Shown here: positions 56,481 through 61,766 of the stretch, one piece after another | Numbering within the stretch: position 1 is the stretch's first letter | Layout of the letters: every line of letters starts with the position of its first letter | Assembly (NCBI GenBank): GCA_964607375.1 | Contig: CAZSJY010000002.1 | Span: 1-61,766 of the forward strand | Direction of reading: 5' to 3' | Length of the DNA stretch: 61,766 nt | Origin: an uncultured bacterium | GTDB taxonomy: Bacteria; Fidelibacterota; Marinisomatia; SCGC-AAA003-L08; JACNLC01 | The notes under the pieces: model-generated | What the model saw: the letters and a program-made list of their open reading frames with translations, nothing else | The model's database searches: none | Told to the model about the DNA's origin: nothing | Translations under genes and position numbers: made by a program

Positions 56481-58078
56481 AATCCAAATATTTATTACTG
56501 TTTCTAGTTCCTATGTTTGTTTATGGGCAATATCAAGGATTTAATGTAAAACCAGAAATATCTACTGAAACTCCTGTGTTATTATCACAAAATACATTTC
56601 CACGAGATACAAAAGATGATAATATTTATCTTGATAGAACAATTAATCCTGATACTTATATTGTAGGACCTGGTGATGAATTGTTGTTTAATATGGTTGC
56701 TTCTGATGGTGTAGTTACTAAAGCGTTAACCATCTCTCCAGTAGGGGAAGTACTGATTCCTGCGGTAGGCACAATTAATGTTGACAAGCTAACTTTGAAA
56801 AATGCCATCAAGAAAATCAAAACTACATGTTTAGAAAAATACAAAAGTGCATCAATATATTTGACTCTTACAAATATCCGTCGTTTTAAGGTGTTAGTCA
56901 TTGGTACTATTGAATCACCAGGATTCTATGTTGTTAATCCTTTATCGAGAGTTTCTGACATATTAGAAGAGATTGGAACAGATTCTGTAACAATATCAGC
57001 TGAGGATAGTCTAAAAATACCGATATCTAGAAGAAATATTATTTTACATAGAAAAACTGAAAAATACCTTATTGATCTTGTAAAATATAATATGCTTGGC
57101 TTAGAAGAGTTAAATCCAAATGTACTCGAAGGTGATGTAATAGAAATACAATTATTAAACGAAACAATAGGATTGTTTGGTGGTGTTGGAATTCCAGGAC
57201 AATATGAATATGTTGATGATGAAACTGTATACGATTTGATTCAATTAGCAGGTGGTTTTACTGTTGATGCTGACTCTAACAAAACAGAAATCACACGATT
57301 TGTTGACGATATACTCAAAGAAACTATTCTTATCAACAGTGTTTTGGATTCTAAGCAAATCATTACTAATCCTTCTGACCATATAATTATCAGAAAGAAA
57401 AAAGACTATAAACGACAAGATATTGTTACAATTGTCGGGGAAGTTAAATATCCAGGTGATTATAGTATTGAACCTGGAAAGATAACAATAAGAGAAATTT
57501 TGGATAAATGTGGTGGTTATGCCCTAAAAGCAGATATAAATAAGGTGATTGTTAATAATGAAGAAATTGCAAAGATATCTGATCCGGAACTCAACAGGAT
57601 ATTACTAATTTTAGATGAGAATAGAAGTGATGCTGAAAAAGCGTATATTAAAGCTAGATCAGGTATTACAAAAGGATTGATAAGTTCTTCAAGTTTAGAT
57701 TACACTCAATCGATTTTGGATTTTGTGATTAACGCTGGTGATGTTATTACAATTCCTCGAATCGTTGAATATATTGAAGTTTTGGGTGCAGTACTTCATC
57801 CTGGAAGATATCCCTACTACAATAACCTTTCCGTAGATGATTATATTACATTAGCTGGGGGTTTAACACAAAACTCTACTAGAGATAGATACATTATAAA
57901 GGTAAGTTCAGGCCAAAGGGTTCCAATTTCGAAAAATGTACAAATTGAAAACGGAGATATTATTTTTATTGCTGAAAAATTAGAATATAACAAATGGACA
58001 CGATTTAAAGAAATCACAAGTGTTGTAGGGCAAATTGCTACAATCTATTTAGTTATACAAAGCGCGATTGGGAAATAG
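56477..58078 (+). CDS. Polysaccharide export protein (Wza-like, with multiple SLBB-type repeats)
   Basis: It has a signal peptide, the Poly_export motif YIVGPGDEL, and repeated GxVxxPGxY segments. Confidence 0.7.
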   Translation: MKSKYLLLFLVPMFVYGQYQGFNVKPEISTETPVLLSQNTFPRDTKDDNIYLDRTINPDTYIVGPGDELLFNMVASDGVVTKALTISPVGEVLIPAVGTINVDKLTLKNAIKKIKTTCLEKYKSASIYLTLTNIRRFKVLVIGTIESPGFYVVNPLSRVSDILEEIGTDSVTISAEDSLKIPISRRNIILHRKTEKYLIDLVKYNMLGLEELNPNVLEGDVIEIQLLNETIGLFGGVGIPGQYEYVDDETVYDLIQLAGGFTVDADSNKTEITRFVDDILKETILINSVLDSKQIITNPSDHIIIRKKKDYKRQDIVTIVGEVKYPGDYSIEPGKITIREILDKCGGYALKADINKVIVNNEEIAKISDPELNRILLILDENRSDAEKAYIKARSGITKGLISSSSLDYTQSILDFVINAGDVITIPRIVEYIEVLGAVLHPGRYPYYNNLSVDDYITLAGGLTQNSTRDRYIIKVSSGQRVPISKNVQIENGDIIFIAEKLEYNKWTRFKEITSVVGQIATIYLVIQSAIGK

Positions 58079-58140
58079 CACTAGATAAGACATTAAGACT
58101 GGAATACGAAACCAAAATAACAAAAAAATATGGGATTATT

Positions 58141-59160
58141 ATGAGCGAAATTAAAAAAACTCAAACTAGTGAAATTGATTTATATGATATTTTTCAATTA
58201 CTTTGGAAAAAGAAAAAGTTTGTCATTTCTTTTTCAGCAATATTTACAATCCTTGCAATTATTTATAGTTTATTGGCTACACCATTCTATAGTTCGTATG
58301 TATCAATATATCCAATAGTTGAAGGAAATAATAATAGTTCTATTGGAGATCTACAAGGTATTGCATCTACATTTGGGATTAACATTGGAGGGCAGAACCA
58401 AACTTCGTTTAATATTCCTGATATTGTAAATAGTAGAGTTTTGAAAAAAGCTGTAATTCTAAACAAATGGAATTCTCAAAAATTTGATGATTCTGTAAAT
58501 TTGATTACTTACTGGGAAATTGATGATACAACAGGATTTAGTTTAAGAGGATTTCTTTCAGGTTTATTTACACCCTCAGAGAAAACTGATCCTCATCAAG
58601 CTTACTTAGAGTCAGCTATAGAAACTATTGGCGAATTGATTTCAGTTAAAGAAGAGGATTCCGGATTAATTGTTATATCCGTTTTATCAGAGGAACCTCA
58701 GTTATCTGCAGATATAGTGAACTTTATTGCTGAATATATTAAGAATTATGTCAGTGAAGAAATGTTTGCAAAATCAACGGAACATCGACAGTTTATTGAG
58801 AATCGTATGGTAAGCTCAAAAGGTGAGTTATCTGATTCAGAAGTAGCCTTGACTGAGTTTAGAAAGAAACATCCAATGGCTTTGGATACACCTGATTTAC
58901 AACTCGACAGAGGACGACTTATGAGAAATGTTGAAGTGAACCAACAGGTATACATAACTCTTCGACAGCAACATGAATTAGCAAAAATAGAAGAGTTAAA
59001 AGAAGCACCTGTGATCAATATTCTTGACAAAGGAGAAGCAGCTGTTGAGAAAACTAAACCGAGAAGAAGTTTTATTGTCTTTATATCTCTTCTCTGCTCT
59101 ATATTCATTTCAGTTGCAATTGTATTATTCAAAAACAAAATTGATTTGCTTACAAATTAA
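58141..59160 (+). CDS. Chain-length determinant (Wzz-like) protein
   Basis: The N-terminus IDLYDIFQLLWKKKKF is followed by a TM helix, a coiled-coil periplasmic region and a C-terminal TM helix. Confidence 0.7.
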   Translation: MSEIKKTQTSEIDLYDIFQLLWKKKKFVISFSAIFTILAIIYSLLATPFYSSYVSIYPIVEGNNNSSIGDLQGIASTFGINIGGQNQTSFNIPDIVNSRVLKKAVILNKWNSQKFDDSVNLITYWEIDDTTGFSLRGFLSGLFTPSEKTDPHQAYLESAIETIGELISVKEEDSGLIVISVLSEEPQLSADIVNFIAEYIKNYVSEEMFAKSTEHRQFIENRMVSSKGELSDSEVALTEFRKKHPMALDTPDLQLDRGRLMRNVEVNQQVYITLRQQHELAKIEELKEAPVINILDKGEAAVEKTKPRRSFIVFISLLCSIFISVAIVLFKNKIDLLTN

Positions 59161-59197
59161 ATATTGCATAAAATTCCATATTTATTGATTCAATAGA

Positions 59198-60436
59198 ATG
59201 TTAGAACAATATTATTTTCTAATTCTTCCATTGTACATTTTGATTTGTTTATCATTTCCTGAATTGAATGTAATTTTATTCTTATTCATTGGTAGGCTTC
59301 ATTTTGAACCTAGGTTAGGTTTATTCGATTGTTTTAGTCTAAATCAAATTAATTTTGCAATACTATTATTTCACTTTTTTTGGGCAGTTAAATTTCACAA
59401 GGGTTTTAACCAAGTTAAATTTTCTGGAGTATCAGTTTATATTTTGTTGATTATTTGGTTATGCTACAGCTTCCTGTTTCATTCCAACAATATAGAATAC
59501 GCTTTTGATAAAATAATCTCGATAGTATTTATATCACTAACAAGTGCTATGTTTCTAGTTATTAGATTTCAATATTATGGCACGATTATTATTAGAAATT
59601 TCATTCTTTTTTTTGCATTGATTGGTACGGGAATGGCATTCATAGGTTTGTTTTCTTTAACCCAAGGGCTACCTGATCAACGACTTGCAGTATTGGGAGG
59701 GGGACCAAATGTATTTGCAAGGATAATTGGCTCAACTATTCTGATTGTATCTGTATTTTATAGAAACATTAAAGAAAAATTACCGAGGATAGTAATCATC
59801 TTATTATTTTTCGGATTATTTGTTGCTCAAATTAGCACATTATCAAAAGGACCATTATTAAGTTTAATTTTAGTATTTGGTTTACTTCTAATTGTATTTA
59901 ATCAAAAAAGATCATTTGTAAAAAACCTATCAGTTACAATTATTGTATTTGCTTTAGTAATTTCAATAATGATATTATTTAATTTATCCGAGAGATATTT
60001 TCTGAATCCTTTTGATGATGTCTCTTATGGAAGTTACGGTACACGCTTTCAACATTTTAGAGATTCAGTTGAGATATTTCACGCGAGTCCTTTAATAGGG
60101 ATTGGTTTGGGTGATTTTGTTGAAGTAAGTAGTAGGTTTACATACCCACACAACATATTTCTTGAGATATTATCTGAATTAGGACTTATCGGAATATTGT
60201 TATTTTGTAGTGGATTATTTTTCTTTGCTAGATCAATTAGAACTTTCCTAAAGTACGGAATAACTGGTTCTAACAATATGATTAACTATAATAAAATACT
60301 AATTTCATTGTCTCTTTTTATGTTTTTGAATCAGTTAGTAAGTGGAGATTTGATGGATGCTAGATTTATGTTTGTTTTCATCATTTTAAGTACTATTTTA
60401 GGAAAAGAACTAAATAATAGAATCGTTAATGAATAA
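59198..60436 (+). CDS. O-antigen polymerase/ligase family membrane protein (Wzy-like)
   Basis: It is polytopic, has a late large loop (YGTRFQHFRDS...GIGLGDF...YPHNIFLE), and sits in a polysaccharide locus. Confidence 0.6.
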   Translation: MLEQYYFLILPLYILICLSFPELNVILFLFIGRLHFEPRLGLFDCFSLNQINFAILLFHFFWAVKFHKGFNQVKFSGVSVYILLIIWLCYSFLFHSNNIEYAFDKIISIVFISLTSAMFLVIRFQYYGTIIIRNFILFFALIGTGMAFIGLFSLTQGLPDQRLAVLGGGPNVFARIIGSTILIVSVFYRNIKEKLPRIVIILLFFGLFVAQISTLSKGPLLSLILVFGLLLIVFNQKRSFVKNLSVTIIVFALVISIMILFNLSERYFLNPFDDVSYGSYGTRFQHFRDSVEIFHASPLIGIGLGDFVEVSSRFTYPHNIFLEILSELGLIGILLFCSGLFFFARSIRTFLKYGITGSNNMINYNKILISLSLFMFLNQLVSGDLMDARFMFVFIILSTILGKELNNRIVNE

Positions 60437-61649
60437 AGTTGTAAGCAATATTAATTATGTTTTTGGAAGTCGGGTAACTGTGATACTTGCTCGATTATTC
60501 ACGATTTATATTTTATCAAATTCACTTGGGATATCTAACTATGGAATCTATTCGTTTCTGATTTCCATTCTACTAATTACAGCTCTTATTGGTAATTTAG
60601 GCGTTGGGTATTCTAATATTTACCATCTTGCCAAAGAAGAGATAGAGTTATCAAAAATAATCGGTAGCTCAATATTAATATCAGGTGTTTTAGGGTTATT
60701 TATTGGAATCATTATTCAGTTTATACCTTCATTATTTAATACAATGTTTCAAGATGTATCCAACATATTGATGATAATAGTAGGATTTACAATACCAATT
60801 TTAATTTTGCATCGTTTTCTAACAGATATAGTTAATGGACTAGAGAATTTTCGGTTATACTATTTATCTTTTTCCTTTGGATGGGTTATAAATAGTATAT
60901 TAATTGGGATATTGTATACTTTTCAAAAATTAACAATCACAACTGCTGTGATTTCATTATCCTTGTCAAAATTATTTATTCTAATTTTTGTTTTAGTTCA
61001 TCTTTTAAACAAAAACAAGTGGAAAATTCGAATTTCTATTTCTGACTTGTTGAGTCAAATAAGATATGGTATTCCACTGTACATTAGAGATTTTTTTAAT
61101 CAAATAAACTTCCGCTTCGTTTATTTATTAATTAAACACTATTATAGTTCATCAGCATTGGGTGCTTTCGCTTTAGCAGTACAATCTGCTGAAGTATTGC
61201 TTTATATTCCTCGTTCGGGATTTACATTATTATTTCCTAAATTTTCTGGTTACAAAGGAGACAAAAGGGAATTATTCAGTAATATTATACCAAAGTTCTT
61301 GATAGTGTTTTTGGTTGTTGTGATTATTAGTTACTTTGTTTATCCTATCGTAATTAGCAAGTTTTTTGATAACAGTTATTTAGGGGCAGTACCCCTTTTT
61401 AGAATTCTCTTATTTGGTGTGTTGTGTTTGGGAATATTGAATATTGTAGAATCGTATATTCTCGGGAATCAATTACAAAGATTAACGATGATATCTTCTG
61501 TAATAAGTGCTGTTTTATTAGTCATCCTTTCGTTCGTATTTATACCAATATATGGTGATTTCAGTGCTGCGATAATTTCATCCTCAGTTTACTTATTTTA
61601 CTTGTTGTTGATACTAATAATGCTAAAAAATGTAGAGTATAATAAATAA
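60429..61649 (+). CDS. Oligosaccharide flippase (Wzx / MOP family)
   Basis: It is a roughly 12-TM protein of 406 aa in a polysaccharide locus. Confidence 0.6.
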   Translation: MNKVVSNINYVFGSRVTVILARLFTIYILSNSLGISNYGIYSFLISILLITALIGNLGVGYSNIYHLAKEEIELSKIIGSSILISGVLGLFIGIIIQFIPSLFNTMFQDVSNILMIIVGFTIPILILHRFLTDIVNGLENFRLYYLSFSFGWVINSILIGILYTFQKLTITTAVISLSLSKLFILIFVLVHLLNKNKWKIRISISDLLSQIRYGIPLYIRDFFNQINFRFVYLLIKHYYSSSALGAFALAVQSAEVLLYIPRSGFTLLFPKFSGYKGDKRELFSNIIPKFLIVFLVVVIISYFVYPIVISKFFDNSYLGAVPLFRILLFGVLCLGILNIVESYILGNQLQRLTMISSVISAVLLVILSFVFIPIYGDFSAAIISSSVYLFYLLLILIMLKNVEYNK

Positions 61650-61653
61650 AATT

Positions 61654-61766
61654 ATGAAAATACTCTACCTCCATCAATATTTTAATACTCCAAACGAACC
61701 AGGTGGCACTCGTTCTTATTATTTGTCAAAAGCTCTAGTAGAAAGTGGTCACAAAGTAGTTATGAT
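61654..61766 (+). CDS. Glycosyltransferase (GT4-like), 3'-truncated by the window edge
   Basis: The N-terminus MKILYLHQYFNTPNEPGGTRSYYLSKALVESGHKV is a typical GT4 start. Confidence 0.6.
   Translation, partial: MKILYLHQYFNTPNEPGGTRSYYLSKALVESGHKVVM

Noticed and set aside
1-61766. Genome-wide reassignment of TGA (to Trp or Gly) as the explanation for the in-frame TGAs.
   Set aside because: TGA ends many well-conserved genes at their expected C-termini, for example cysE 33888, cysK 34808, mreC 41575, ugd 52687 and rfbA 54605. A dedicated tRNA with a UCA anticodon and Sec-type architecture is present. Site-specific Sec insertion therefore fits better.

Overview
This is a 61.8-kb, visibly AT-rich, gene-dense chromosomal segment, almost entirely on the + strand, from a Gram-negative bacterium. 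It is probably a member of the FCB superphylum, because it carries three cargo proteins with T9SS C-terminal sorting domains, a GWxTD protein and LapA/LapB-like proteins. That placement is inference only. Most genes are housekeeping: tadA, miaB, mtaB, purN-purH, mreBCD-mrdA-rodA, cmk-rpsA, tsaD, gpmI, cysE-cysK, and a type II glutamine synthetase with an Lrp regulator. The 3' end carries a Wzx/Wzy-type polysaccharide locus (ugd, rfbBAC, a second sugar dehydrogenase, wza-, wzz-, wzy- and wzx-like genes, and a GT4 start). No rRNA, CRISPR array, transposase, integrase or phage genes were seen. Two signals are not explained by the ORF track. (1) Selenocysteine decoding. A tRNA-Sec (anticodon UCA) lies at 11157-11248. 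A T9SS cargo gene has its signal peptide and body joined by an in-frame UGA inside a W-U-x-x-C-P thioredoxin-type motif, followed by a SECIS-like hairpin. An ArsR-led small-gene cluster holds two further, weaker UGA candidates; one has a hairpin with the same UGA-to-loop spacing. (2) A short ORF with four consecutive Cys codons, followed by a strong intrinsic terminator, sits directly upstream of DUF4395-cysE-cysK. This looks like a cysteine leader-peptide attenuator. All product calls come from motif recognition in the supplied translations; no searches were run.
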